From: Longimicrobiales bacterium
GTDB lineage: Bacteria; Gemmatimonadota; Gemmatimonadetes; Longimicrobiales; Gaopeijiaceae
Length of the DNA stretch: 64,000 nt
Direction: 5' to 3'
Assembly (NCBI GenBank): GCA_965249725.1
Contig: CBDFMQ010000002.1
Coordinates: 1,728,001 to 1,792,000, forward strand
The notes under the pieces are model-generated. The model saw only the letters and a program-made list of their open reading frames with translations, was not told where the DNA came from and did no database searches. The position numbers were made by a program, and so were the translations under genes. The stretch's first letter is position 1, and the number at the start of each line of letters is the position of its first letter. This document shows, piece after piece, positions 38,005-49,055 of the stretch.

Positions 38005-39042
38005 ATGCGCAGAACGTCGACACTGCTCCCGATCGCCAGCCTTGCCCTTGCCCTCGTCCTCTCCGCTTGCGGTGGAGACCGCCAACCCTGGGGCGAGTAC
38101 AACTCCATCATCGTCGGCACTTCAGAGGCTCAGTGGCTCGCCGTATCGGGCATGGTGGAGTCGGCCCTCGAGGCGCGGGTGGTGACGGTGCGTCAGGAGA
38201 AAACGTTCCGAGTCACGCATCAGGATCCCTCCGCCCCCGAGTGGGACATGCTCCAGCGGTTCAAGCAGATGCTGCTGATCGGTACGGAGGACGATCCCTG
38301 GATGACCGAGGCGCTGGATCTCGCCGAGCGAACCACGTTCGAGCCCCCTGAGGTCTTCCAAGTAGAGGACATCTGGGCCCGTGACCAGACCGTCACGGTG
38401 ATGCTGCTCGAATCCGGCGCGGCCGACGAGGTCGAGCCACTCCTGGATCCACTCCACGACCTCCTGGACGGCCAGTACCGCCAATGGGTGAAGATGCGGA
38501 TGTTCATGTCCGGTCAGAACGAGGAGCTGGCCGACTCGCTCCGGGAATCGGCGCAGTTCAGCATTCTCCTGCCCCAGTTGTACCGGCGACGGACAGAAGA
38601 CTCGGTCTACATGTTCCGCAACGATAATCCGGATCCGTCGGAGTTGATCCGGCAAATCACGGTCACGTGGCGAACGCATTCGCCCGAGGGCGTCCGGGAA
38701 GACGAGTTCCTGGCTTGGCGCCAGGAGGTGGTGGACGGGCACTTCGGCTATCCACAGGTCCTGGACCTCGAGTTGGCGCAGACGCGACGACTTCAGCAGG
38801 GCGAAGTGATCATGGACGAGATCCGGGCCGTATGGTCCAACCCTCCGGAGGACGCGTTTCCGGCTGGCGGACCGACGATCACAAGAATGATCCCTTGCCC
38901 GCACCAGGGTCGCGACTACCTGGCGGATGCCTGGCTCTACGCACCGGGGAGGGACAAGTACCAGTACGTCGTGCAGCTCGAGACCATCTTGGACTCTTTC
39001 CGTTGTAACACCACGAGCCAATTGGCGTCAGCGAGGCCCTGA
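38005..39042 (+). CDS. DUF4837-like lipoprotein
   Basis: Lipobox LSAC; WGEYNSIIV, DIWARDQ, AGGP and YAPGRDK. Confidence 0.65.
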   Translation: MRRTSTLLPIASLALALVLSACGGDRQPWGEYNSIIVGTSEAQWLAVSGMVESALEARVVTVRQEKTFRVTHQDPSAPEWDMLQRFKQMLLIGTEDDPWMTEALDLAERTTFEPPEVFQVEDIWARDQTVTVMLLESGAADEVEPLLDPLHDLLDGQYRQWVKMRMFMSGQNEELADSLRESAQFSILLPQLYRRRTEDSVYMFRNDNPDPSELIRQITVTWRTHSPEGVREDEFLAWRQEVVDGHFGYPQVLDLELAQTRRLQQGEVIMDEIRAVWSNPPEDAFPAGGPTITRMIPCPHQGRDYLADAWLYAPGRDKYQYVVQLETILDSFRCNTTSQLASARP

Positions 39043-39087
39043 GGCCCGTCGTCCCCCTTGCACCGAGGCGTAGATTGATACATCATT

Positions 39088-39107
39088 GTATCCGGATTTA
39101 TGGATAC
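39088..39107. promoter_or_regulatory. Candidate SahR-type operator palindrome GTATCC-N8-GGATAC
   Basis: 20-bp palindrome in an AT-rich patch at the start of the ArsR-methyltransferase gene. Confidence 0.55.
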
Positions 39108-39108
39108 T

Positions 39109-40050
39109 ATGATCAAGGAACTCCGGGTCTTCGACCGAATGAGCGCGCTGGGCGATCTGGCGCGCAGTCGCATCCTCATGCTTCTCGAGCAAGGCGACTT
39201 CACGGTCTCCGAGTTGGTGCAGGTCTTTCAGCTCCCCCAGTCCACGGTGAGTCGCCATCTCAAGGTCCTCGCCGAGGACGGATGGGTCACCTCTCGATCC
39301 AGCGGCACTAGCAGACACTACCGCATGGTGGCGGACCTGGACGCGCCGGCCCGCGAACTCTGGGAGCTCGTCCGACCCGACGTCGTGTCGGCCGGCGGTA
39401 CGGACGAAGACGCCGAACGGGCACGGGCAGTGCTCGCCGGACGACGGGAGAAGTCCAAGGAGTTCTTCGCCTCGTCGGCTCACCGATGGGACTCTCTCCG
39501 AGACGACCTCTTCGGCGCGGATTCGGAACTCCTCCCCTTCTTCGGTCTCCTCGATCCGACCTGGACCGTAGCGGACCTGGGTGCCGGCACCGGACACTTC
39601 AGCGCACGGGTAGCACCGTTCGTCGAGCGCGTTATCGCGGTGGACGGTTCCGAAGAGATGCTCGACACGGCCCGGCGGCGGGTCGACGACGTCGCGAATG
39701 TCGAGTTGCGGCGCGGCGAACTCGAGCAGCTCCCCCTGTGCGATGGCGAGGTGGACCTGGCCGTGCTGCTCCTGGCGCTGCACTACGTGGTCGAACCCGC
39801 AGCGGTGATGAGCGAAGCGTCTCGGGTCCTGGCGCCCGGAGGTCGGCTGGTCATCGTCGACATGAGGCTGCATGCACGGGAAGCCTTCCTCGAAGACATG
39901 GGTCACGTATGGCCCGGCTTCGACGAGGCCACCCTGGACGGACTGACCCGCGAGGCCGACCTGTGCGGCTTCTCGTACCAACCCATACCGGCTCGTACTC
40001 AAGCGTCGGGCCCCCTGCTCTTCGTCGCATCGGTAACGAAAGCCGACTGA
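39109..40050 (+). CDS. ArsR-family HTH + SAM-dependent methyltransferase-like regulator (SahR-like)
   Basis: LPQSTVSRHLKVL HTH and VADLGAGTG SAM motif; directly upstream of ahcY; ATG at 39100 is also possible. Confidence 0.85.
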   Translation: MIKELRVFDRMSALGDLARSRILMLLEQGDFTVSELVQVFQLPQSTVSRHLKVLAEDGWVTSRSSGTSRHYRMVADLDAPARELWELVRPDVVSAGGTDEDAERARAVLAGRREKSKEFFASSAHRWDSLRDDLFGADSELLPFFGLLDPTWTVADLGAGTGHFSARVAPFVERVIAVDGSEEMLDTARRRVDDVANVELRRGELEQLPLCDGEVDLAVLLLALHYVVEPAAVMSEASRVLAPGGRLVIVDMRLHAREAFLEDMGHVWPGFDEATLDGLTREADLCGFSYQPIPARTQASGPLLFVASVTKAD

Positions 40051-40095
40051 ACGATCTGAGACTCGATCAAGCCCTTCACGAATGAGGATCCACGA

Positions 40096-41583
<1,488 letters not shown>

Positions 41584-41586
41584 CGG

Positions 41587-42918
41587 TCAGGCGAGGGCCG
41601 CAACGGTGTCGACCACCTTCTCGACGTCGGCCAGGGTGTTGTAGACGTGCGGGCAGAGCCGGAGGCCTCCGCCCATACCCGCTCCCGCGATAGCATGCTC
41701 GTTGTAGAGAGCGCTCGACACCGCTCGTGAGTCGAAGTCGGGCGGGACGAACACCACCACACCAGCGCTCAACGCCGGATCGGGCGGAGTGTTGAAGACC
41801 GTACCCGGAAGTCGTTCGGCGATTCCGTTCTTGATGGCGGCGGCCAATTCCCTCACCCTGGCCTCGACCCTCTCCGTGCCGATCATCTCATGGAACTCGA
41901 CGGTGGTACCCACTGCGGACACCGCTGCATCGTCTCGCTGTCCGAGGTTCTCGAACTTGCGCGCACCTCCCTCGAGGGCGTTGGCCCACCCTATCCCCAC
42001 ATGTGTAGGCCACAGATCCGCCTGTACCTCGGCACGCACATACAGGACACCGGCCTCTTTGGGCCCCATGAACCACTTGTGGGCGCTTCCCGTATAGAAG
42101 TCGCACCCCATGTCGTGCAGGTCGACCTCGAGGCATCCGAAGCTCTGAGCCCCGTCGACCAAGGCCAGCGCACCCCTGGTGTGCGCGGCCGCCACCAGTT
42201 CCTTGGCCGGCAGCATGACGCCCGAGATATTCGAAGCGTGACTGAAGCTGAGGACCCTCGTGCGGGGGGTCATGGCCGCCAGGAACGGATCCATGAGTTC
42301 CTGCATGGAAGTCGGCTGCGACGGCGTGCTCACTCGCGTGACCGTGTAGCCATATCGCTCGGCTCGCACGTCCCAGGCCGTGCTGTTCGTCGGATGATTC
42401 TGATCCCACACAACGACTTCGTCACCGGGGCCGAGATCCAGGCCATTCACCACGGTCGCATTCGCCGAACTCGTGTTGCGGACGATGGCAATCTCGTCGT
42501 CACCGGCACCCAGGAAGCGCGCCAGAGCGGTACGGGACTTCTCCCGCAGCTCACCGAATTTGCGCCGGTTGTTGGACGACGCGTCCTGATCCACATCTCG
42601 CGTGAGCTCGAAGACCCGCTGCTGCACGGAGATCGGCGAGGGGCACAGGTTGGCCGCGTGCAGGAAGATCAGGCCCTCACGAAGAGGGAACGCGTCCTTC
42701 ACCAAACGCCAGAAGTCCTCGTCGGCCGCAACGCTCGGCCCTAGTGCCGCCGCGGCACTTCCGAGCCGATCCATGCGGCCTCGAGCTTCCGCGGTGAAGG
42801 GATCCGAAAGGGGAGACCGTACGGCCTCTTCCGCGCCGAGTAGGGACGGGATCGAAGCGGAGGCGACAACCCCCCCGGCCATGTGACCGATGAAACTGCG
42901 GCGACTCTGACTGCTCAT
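41587..42918 (-). CDS. Class V aminotransferase (isopenicillin-N epimerase-like) with Tat signal
   Basis: SRRSFIG; LVDGAQSFG and GSAHKWFMGP (PLP lysine). Confidence 0.85.
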   Translation of the reverse strand: MSSQSRRSFIGHMAGGVVASASIPSLLGAEEAVRSPLSDPFTAEARGRMDRLGSAAAALGPSVAADEDFWRLVKDAFPLREGLIFLHAANLCPSPISVQQRVFELTRDVDQDASSNNRRKFGELREKSRTALARFLGAGDDEIAIVRNTSSANATVVNGLDLGPGDEVVVWDQNHPTNSTAWDVRAERYGYTVTRVSTPSQPTSMQELMDPFLAAMTPRTRVLSFSHASNISGVMLPAKELVAAAHTRGALALVDGAQSFGCLEVDLHDMGCDFYTGSAHKWFMGPKEAGVLYVRAEVQADLWPTHVGIGWANALEGGARKFENLGQRDDAAVSAVGTTVEFHEMIGTERVEARVRELAAAIKNGIAERLPGTVFNTPPDPALSAGVVVFVPPDFDSRAVSSALYNEHAIAGAGMGGGLRLCPHVYNTLADVEKVVDTVAALA

Positions 42919-43174
42919 CGTTCTCCTCCGGACCGAGCCTCTGGGTTGATGTGATCAAGGTAGGCGGCGTATGCGCCCGGTAACAGTTCGGGGTATGTTG
43001 CTGGCGGTTGTCGGCATCGATGGAGACGACCCCGTCGGGGACACGGCGAGGTGCGCCGCACGTCGCCGATGTTTATTCTTGGGCTGAGCGGTGAGACGTT
43101 AGTACATTGGTAGTGGAGCCCTTGTTGATGGCAGCCCTGGCAGTGGTAGAACCGACCAACTTCCGACAGGCCGA

Positions 43175-43693
43175 ATGACCGAAGAACGACGCCCCCCAGC
43201 TTCGTCTGAACGCGAGACTGGTTCCGAGTACGGTGACGCCCTGGCTGACGTGCTGGAGGATCAGCACGAGCGTTTGGAGCGACGCCAGCAGGTGCCCGCC
43301 CACCCCACACGCCGCCAACTGAGTCCCATGGTGGCGCCCGCCTTGGCGGTCGTCTCGTTCTGGCTCTGGGTCTTTCCCCCCGAACCCCTACAGCCGACCC
43401 CTCCGCCCGCGATACCCGTGGCCGTGCAAGAGGCGGGACTTCGGATGGAGATGTCGGCTCAGCTCGCGCGCATCCAGAGGTTCGTGAGGGACAACGGAAG
43501 GCTGCCCGCCTCCCTGCAGGAAACCCAGGAAGAGGCACTGACCGGGGTCGAGTACATTCCCCTGGCCGACTCCACCTTCAGGCTCCGCGGGAACATCGGC
43601 GGCGTGACGATCGACTACGTCTCCACCCAGCCGGTCGAAGAACTCCTTCAGGATGCCATCGATGTCGTCACCACCCAACGGGGTGGCGGATGA
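43175..43693 (+). CDS. Single-TM protein with pseudopilin-like helix
   Basis: One TM segment, then IQRFVRDNGRLPASL; overlaps the pilin gene start. Confidence 0.6.
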   Translation: MTEERRPPASSERETGSEYGDALADVLEDQHERLERRQQVPAHPTRRQLSPMVAPALAVVSFWLWVFPPEPLQPTPPPAIPVAVQEAGLRMEMSAQLARIQRFVRDNGRLPASLQETQEEALTGVEYIPLADSTFRLRGNIGGVTIDYVSTQPVEELLQDAIDVVTTQRGGG

Positions 43694-44115
43694 TGAACGA
43701 TCGCAGGGGGTTCTCGTTGGCGGAGCTGATGGTGGTGGTCCTGATCGTCAGTATCTTGGCAGCCATCGCCCAGCCGAAGTTGAGCGACGTCTTGGTGAAG
43801 GCCCGAGCGGCGGACGCCTACGCCGACATGGAGGTCGTTCGCGTCGCCGCCCTGGCCTTCCAGGCGGACCTGCACATCTGGCCGCCCGATGCGAGTCGGG
43901 GCGTGGTGCCCACGGGTCTGGATGAATTCCTCCCCGAAAACTTCAGCCTCACGAAGTCGGACTACCAACTGGACTTCGACAACTGGGGCGGATCACCGTT
44001 CGACATCGGCATTACCATCATCACCTCCGATGCGAATCTCGGCCTCACGATCCTCGACATGCTGCCCCCGCCCAAGTGGAACTCCGGGGACAAATACAGC
44101 TGGGTCATCGAGTAG
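43690..44115 (+). CDS. Type IV pilin/pseudopilin with prepilin cleavage motif
   Basis: RRG|FSLAELMVVVLIVSILAAIAQP class III signal. Confidence 0.9.
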   Translation: MMNDRRGFSLAELMVVVLIVSILAAIAQPKLSDVLVKARAADAYADMEVVRVAALAFQADLHIWPPDASRGVVPTGLDEFLPENFSLTKSDYQLDFDNWGGSPFDIGITIITSDANLGLTILDMLPPPKWNSGDKYSWVIE

Positions 44116-44122
44116 TCGGCGA

Positions 44123-44196
44123 ACCCACCGAGCACCCACCGAGCACCCATCGAGCACCCACCGAGCACCCATCGAGCACCCACCGAGCACCCACCG
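44123..44196. repeat. 11-bp tandem repeat ACCCA(C/T)CGAGC, ~6.7 copies
   Basis: Six full units at 44123-44188 plus a partial unit; no spacers. Confidence 0.95.
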
Positions 44197-44336
44197 GATC
44201 GCATGACTACGCCATCGCCGTCTTTCCGCTTTTGTCGCCCGCTGCCAAGCGATGTAGAATGGAAAAACGTCTTACGCGTTTCGAGAGAACTATGCGTGCG
44301 GCCGCCCCCTCAACCTGACTGTCCGAACCGAGCACT

Positions 44337-47300
44337 GTGAGCTTCGTCCACCTCCACACGCATTCCGAGTACTCCCTCCTCGACGGAGCCAATCGCCTCA
44401 CCGACCTCGTTCACAAGGTCAAGGAATTCGAGATGCCTGGCCTCGCACTCACCGACCACGGGTGCATGTTCGGGGCTTGGGCGTTTCACAAGCTGGCAAG
44501 CAAGGAAGGCATCCGGCCCATCATCGGCATGGAGGCCTATGTCGCCCCCGGAGATCGCCGGGATCGGTCGAAGGCCGGCCACGGAGAACGGGCCTACTAC
44601 CACCTGGTACTGCTCGCCCGGGACATGGAGGGCTACAAGAACCTGGTCAAGCTCTCCTCGATCGGGTACACCGAGGGCTTCTACCATCGGCCCCGCGTGG
44701 ATCGGGAGTCATTGGCCGCACATGCCGGGGGTCTCATCGTCAGCTCCGCCTGTATGGCGGGAGAAGTCCCGCGGCACCTCGCGGCGGACAACTGGGAGGG
44801 GGCCAAGGAGACCGCCGACTGGTACGCCAACCTCTTCCCAGATCGCTACTACCTCGAGGTCCAGGCCCACGATTCGCAGGGCCAGGCCGAGCTGAATTCC
44901 AAGATCTTCAAGCTAGGTGAAGTGACGGGGCTTCCCGTCGTCGCAACGAACGACACGCACTTTCTGCAGGCCGATGATCACGAAGCGCACGACGTCCTGC
45001 TGTGCATCGGCCTCGGAAAGGACCGCAGCGACCCGAGCCGCATGCGCTACGACGGGGGCCTCTACTTCAAGAGCGCGCCGGAGATCGCCGAGCGGTTCCC
45101 GGACCGACCCGACGTGCTGGAGAACACGCTCAAGATCGCCGATGAGGTGAACCTCGGCTTCGAGAAGAGCTATCACCTCCCGGCGTTTCCTCTGCCCGAG
45201 GACCACACGGACGAGAACGAATACCTGGTCTTCCTCGCGACGGAAGGTGCCAAGAAGCGGTACGGCGACCCCCTTCCCGAGGCCGTCCAAGAGCGGCTCG
45301 ACTACGAGCTCGGCGTCATCACCGAAACCGGATATGCCGGGTACTTCCTCATCACCTGGGACTTCATCGACTGGGCGAGACGTCACGGCATTCCCGTGGG
45401 ACCGGGACGCGGCTCCGCCGCGGGCTCCATCGTGGCCTACTCACTGTGGATCACGAATCTGGATCCGCTGGAGTTCGGCCTCCTCTTCGAGCGATTCCTC
45501 AACCCCGAACGAATCTCGATGCCGGATATCGACATCGACTTCTGCTATGAGCGCCGGGGCGAGGTCATCGAGTATGTGAAAGACAAGTACGGCCAGCACG
45601 CCGTCGGACAGATCATCACGTTCGGGACCATGAAGTCCCGGGCCGTGATCCGCGACGTAGGTCGCACCTTGGGATTCGAGCCATCCGAGACGGACCGCAT
45701 CGCGAAGATGATCCCTAACGCTCCGGGTCAGGCCTTCACCGTCGAGGAGGCGGTAAAGGGGCTCAAGGAGGTGAAAGAGCTCTACGAAGAGGGTGGGCGC
45801 TACCGACAGCTCTTCGACTACTCGATGACCCTCGAGGGGCTGTCCCGGCACTCTTCGGTCCACGCCGCCGGTGTGGTCATCGCTCCCGGTCCGCTGGACG
45901 ACTACGTGCCGGTGTGCATCCAGACGGGGAAGAGCGCGTCGAACAGCGATGCCTCCGAGGCGATGTATGTCACCCAGTACGACATGAATTGTCTCGAGGA
46001 CGCCGGGATGCTCAAGATGGACTTCCTGGGACTCAAGACCCTCACGGTCATTCACGACGCCGTGGAGGCCGTAAGGGCCCGGCTCGGGGACCTGAAGCAC
46101 CCGGAGAGCGGGGACATCTACGAATCCATGGACGACGTCCCCTTGGACGACCCCGCCGTATATCGAATGCTCTCTCGGGGAGGCACTTCGGGCGTCTTCC
46201 AGTTCGAGTCACGGCTCGCCATGGACAAGCTCCGAGCGATGCGCTGCGACCGCTTCGACGATCTCGTGGCCACCAACGCGCTCATCCGGCCGGGACCGCT
46301 CGACTCGGGGATGACCGATGCGTACATCCGGAGGAAGCTCGGCAAGGAACAGGTGCGCTACGATCACCCGGATCTCGAGCCCGTTCTGGACTCCACGTAC
46401 GGCATCATCGTCTATCAAGAGCAGGTGATGCGCATCGCCAACGTCCTGGCCGGCTACAACCTTGCCGAAGCCGACGTACTCCGGAAGGCGATGGGTAAGA
46501 AGATCGCAAAGCTCATCCGTGAGGAGCTGGCCCAGTTCATCGAGAAAGCCGTTGCCCGGGGGGTGGAGAAGCGCGTCGCTCAGAACCTGGCCGAACAGAT
46601 CGAGACCTTCGGCCGCTACGGCTTCAACCTGTCCCACTCGGCCGCCTACTCTCTCCTCTCGTACCACACGGCCTGGCTGAAGGCGCACTACCCCGCCGAG
46701 TTCATGGCGGCCATGCTGTCCGCGGTCATCTCGAGCACCGACGACGTGGTGAAGTACATCGGCGAGTGTCGAGAGCTGCCACGGCATCTACCCCAACTGA
46801 ACGACGGCGTCGAGGTCCTGCCGCCCGACGTGAACGAGTCGGGATGGAAGTTCACGGCCGTCGGCGAAACGCAGATCCGTTTCGGGTTGGGGGCCGTTCG
46901 GGGCGTCGGATCGAGCGCCGTGAAATCGATCCTCGCGGCCCGTGAGGATGGACCATGCACGACGCTGTTCGACTTCCTGGGGCGTGTGAATCTGAGGGCA
47001 CTCAATAAACGCGCGGCAGAGGCGCTGATCGCGGCGGGGGCTCTGGATTCGTTCGGCCACCGGTCTCAGCTCCTGGCAGGCCTCGACACGGCCTACTCGG
47101 AGATCAGTGCCCGGAAGGCGGAGGAGGAGGCCGGCCAAGCATCGCTCTTCGGAACCAGTGAAGAGGCCCTGGAACGCGCCGATCCCGGCCTACCGAGCGT
47201 TCCCGAGTGGGACGAGCAGGAGCGCCTGAAGCGGGAGAAGGAGGCCTTGGGCTTCTTCATCTCCGGGCATCCACTCGATCGGCATTCCGACGTGGTGCGG

Positions 47301-47885
47301 GCCTTCGATTGCCTCAACTCCAGGAACCTCAAGGAGAACACGGGCGTACCCGTCCAGCTGGCCTGCGTCGTGACCAAGGTGGCGCGTCAGATCTCACGCC
47401 GGGACAACTCGGAGTGGGGGAAGATCACCGTGGAGGATTTCCACGGAACGGCCACGATTCTCGCCTTCAAGGACAACTGGCAGAAGTACAAAGAGGTACT
47501 GCAGCAGGACGCCGTTGTCCTCATTTCGGGCAAGATCAGCGGGCGCGAGCGAGACGAGGAGGACCCGCCGATCTTCCTCGACGAGGCGGTGCAGCTCGAG
47601 GGACTCGCCAACAGTGGGCAGTTGGCCCTCCAGATCGAGATGCCCGTCGGCACGGACCTCGGAGATGATGTGTTCGCCCGTGCCAAGGAGGTGCTGGTGG
47701 CACACCCCGGGACGGCACCGGTGCAGCTGACACTCGGGAGCGACAACGGCGTCTCGGCTCCGCAGCTTCGCTCACGCACCCTCAAGGTCGACCCCAGCCG
47801 GGAAACGGTGGACGCGCTTCAGGAGATGTTCGGCAAGGCTCGGGTCCGGCTGGTGAAGGTGGGTAACGGCGGAAACGGAGTCTGA
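44337..47885 (+). CDS. dnaE: DNA polymerase III subunit alpha
   Basis: FVHLHTHSEYSLLDG (PHP), GPGRGSAAGS, FERFLNPERISMPDIDIDF, KMDFLGL and YGFNLSH. Confidence 0.98.
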   Translation: MSFVHLHTHSEYSLLDGANRLTDLVHKVKEFEMPGLALTDHGCMFGAWAFHKLASKEGIRPIIGMEAYVAPGDRRDRSKAGHGERAYYHLVLLARDMEGYKNLVKLSSIGYTEGFYHRPRVDRESLAAHAGGLIVSSACMAGEVPRHLAADNWEGAKETADWYANLFPDRYYLEVQAHDSQGQAELNSKIFKLGEVTGLPVVATNDTHFLQADDHEAHDVLLCIGLGKDRSDPSRMRYDGGLYFKSAPEIAERFPDRPDVLENTLKIADEVNLGFEKSYHLPAFPLPEDHTDENEYLVFLATEGAKKRYGDPLPEAVQERLDYELGVITETGYAGYFLITWDFIDWARRHGIPVGPGRGSAAGSIVAYSLWITNLDPLEFGLLFERFLNPERISMPDIDIDFCYERRGEVIEYVKDKYGQHAVGQIITFGTMKSRAVIRDVGRTLGFEPSETDRIAKMIPNAPGQAFTVEEAVKGLKEVKELYEEGGRYRQLFDYSMTLEGLSRHSSVHAAGVVIAPGPLDDYVPVCIQTGKSASNSDASEAMYVTQYDMNCLEDAGMLKMDFLGLKTLTVIHDAVEAVRARLGDLKHPESGDIYESMDDVPLDDPAVYRMLSRGGTSGVFQFESRLAMDKLRAMRCDRFDDLVATNALIRPGPLDSGMTDAYIRRKLGKEQVRYDHPDLEPVLDSTYGIIVYQEQVMRIANVLAGYNLAEADVLRKAMGKKIAKLIREELAQFIEKAVARGVEKRVAQNLAEQIETFGRYGFNLSHSAAYSLLSYHTAWLKAHYPAEFMAAMLSAVISSTDDVVKYIGECRELPRHLPQLNDGVEVLPPDVNESGWKFTAVGETQIRFGLGAVRGVGSSAVKSILAAREDGPCTTLFDFLGRVNLRALNKRAAEALIAAGALDSFGHRSQLLAGLDTAYSEISARKAEEEAGQASLFGTSEEALERADPGLPSVPEWDEQERLKREKEALGFFISGHPLDRHSDVVRAFDCLNSRNLKENTGVPVQLACVVTKVARQISRRDNSEWGKITVEDFHGTATILAFKDNWQKYKEVLQQDAVVLISGKISGRERDEEDPPIFLDEAVQLEGLANSGQLALQIEMPVGTDLGDDVFARAKEVLVAHPGTAPVQLTLGSDNGVSAPQLRSRTLKVDPSRETVDALQEMFGKARVRLVKVGNGGNGV

Positions 47886-47920
47886 CCCGCCGGAGCCTGA
47901 CCGCCGAAGCCTGACCGCCG
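47882..47920 (+). repeat. ~14-bp tandem repeat CTGACCGCCG(A/G)AGC, ~2.7 copies, starting at the dnaE stop
   Basis: ctgacccgccggagc / ctgaccgccgaagc / ctgaccgccg. Confidence 0.8.
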
Positions 47921-47927
47921 CCGTCGG

Positions 47928-48917
47928 TTATCGGGTACCCAGCAGCTCCACGAGATCCTCGTTCCCCTCCACGTCCAGGAACGTGTCCCACTCCAGGAAG
48001 TATCCTTCGGGGTCGTACCCGACCAGCGTCGTCACCCGTCCGCTCTCGTCTCCCAGCTCCCCTGTCCGGAACTCGAAGCCCTCGATCTGGTGCATGTAGT
48101 CGAACCAGCCCTCCACGTCCGATGTGAAGAACGAGACGGTCACGCTCTTTTCCTCGGTCGACTGATGCAGACCACGCTCGCCGTCCACGAGTCCGATGTA
48201 CCCCGCCGACGAGACGGCGAAGACCTTCACCCAACCCTGATCCACGATGATCTCGCGACCTAGAGTTTCCTCGTAGAAGCGCTCCATGCGCGGTATGTCC
48301 CGATAATACAGCCAGAGCACGGTGGCCTGGAGACCCAGGTCGGCGGGTCGGTTGGTCTCTACGCCTGGGGCAGGATAAAGCACCTCGACCTCGGCCAACT
48401 GCGGCATCAACTGCACGTTCTCGTCGTGGGGGTTGAACCGCTCGAACTCGAGCAGGTAGCCCTCTGGATCGATGGCCACGAATCCGTCGTGCGGGCGCCC
48501 CTCGGCGGGGCGGAACTCGGAGCGCATCGACACGCCCTGGGAGCTGAGGTAGTCGAACCAGCCCTCCACCTGCTCCGTAACGAAGGCGAGGGTCGCCGTC
48601 TTGGGCTCGTCCGTCGAGTGCATTCCGTCGGCCGCGTTCACCAACGTCAGGTACGACGACTCGGCTACCCGCAGGATCTTCGCGAAGCCGTAGTCGACCA
48701 CGGTGCGAAGCCCCAACGTCTCCGTATAGAAGGCCCACGCTGCGTCTACGTCGTCGTAATAGTAAAAGACGTTGGTGGCGAGGACGGGAGGAGGACCACT
48801 CATATCAGACTCCTCGCCCGCACCGGCGTCGCCAGAAGGCTGCTCACCCGGCTGACAGGCCAAGGCGAGGAGCAAAACGAGAGCCGTGGTGAGTGGCACC
48901 GCACGAAAAGTGGACAT
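47928..48917 (-). CDS. Tandem VOC/glyoxalase-domain lipoprotein
   Basis: Lipobox ALAC; duplicated FYxETLG...DPEGYxLE modules; AGGAGG upstream. Confidence 0.8.
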   Translation of the reverse strand: MSTFRAVPLTTALVLLLALACQPGEQPSGDAGAGEESDMSGPPPVLATNVFYYYDDVDAAWAFYTETLGLRTVVDYGFAKILRVAESSYLTLVNAADGMHSTDEPKTATLAFVTEQVEGWFDYLSSQGVSMRSEFRPAEGRPHDGFVAIDPEGYLLEFERFNPHDENVQLMPQLAEVEVLYPAPGVETNRPADLGLQATVLWLYYRDIPRMERFYEETLGREIIVDQGWVKVFAVSSAGYIGLVDGERGLHQSTEEKSVTVSFFTSDVEGWFDYMHQIEGFEFRTGELGDESGRVTTLVGYDPEGYFLEWDTFLDVEGNEDLVELLGTR

Positions 48918-49055
48918 CGCAGATCTTACTCCTCCTAAAGAACCAGCAGCCGACACTCCAGACCGCCTTCAACGGTCAGGGAAGACAGCATAGAGGAGTA
49001 GGCGCTCTGGTGAAAGCGGTGGCCGCACCGCAGCTTATCTTGAGCCAAGCCTAGG

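Noticed and set aside
44123..44196. Repeat array as a CRISPR
   Set aside because: Units are 11 bp, contiguous and have no unique spacers; no cas genes. The same applies to the arrays at 11850 and 13744.
44337..47885. Intein or error-prone DnaE2
   Set aside because: Ordinary length (1182 aa), no intein motifs, intact PHP and C-terminal domains, no imuA/imuB.
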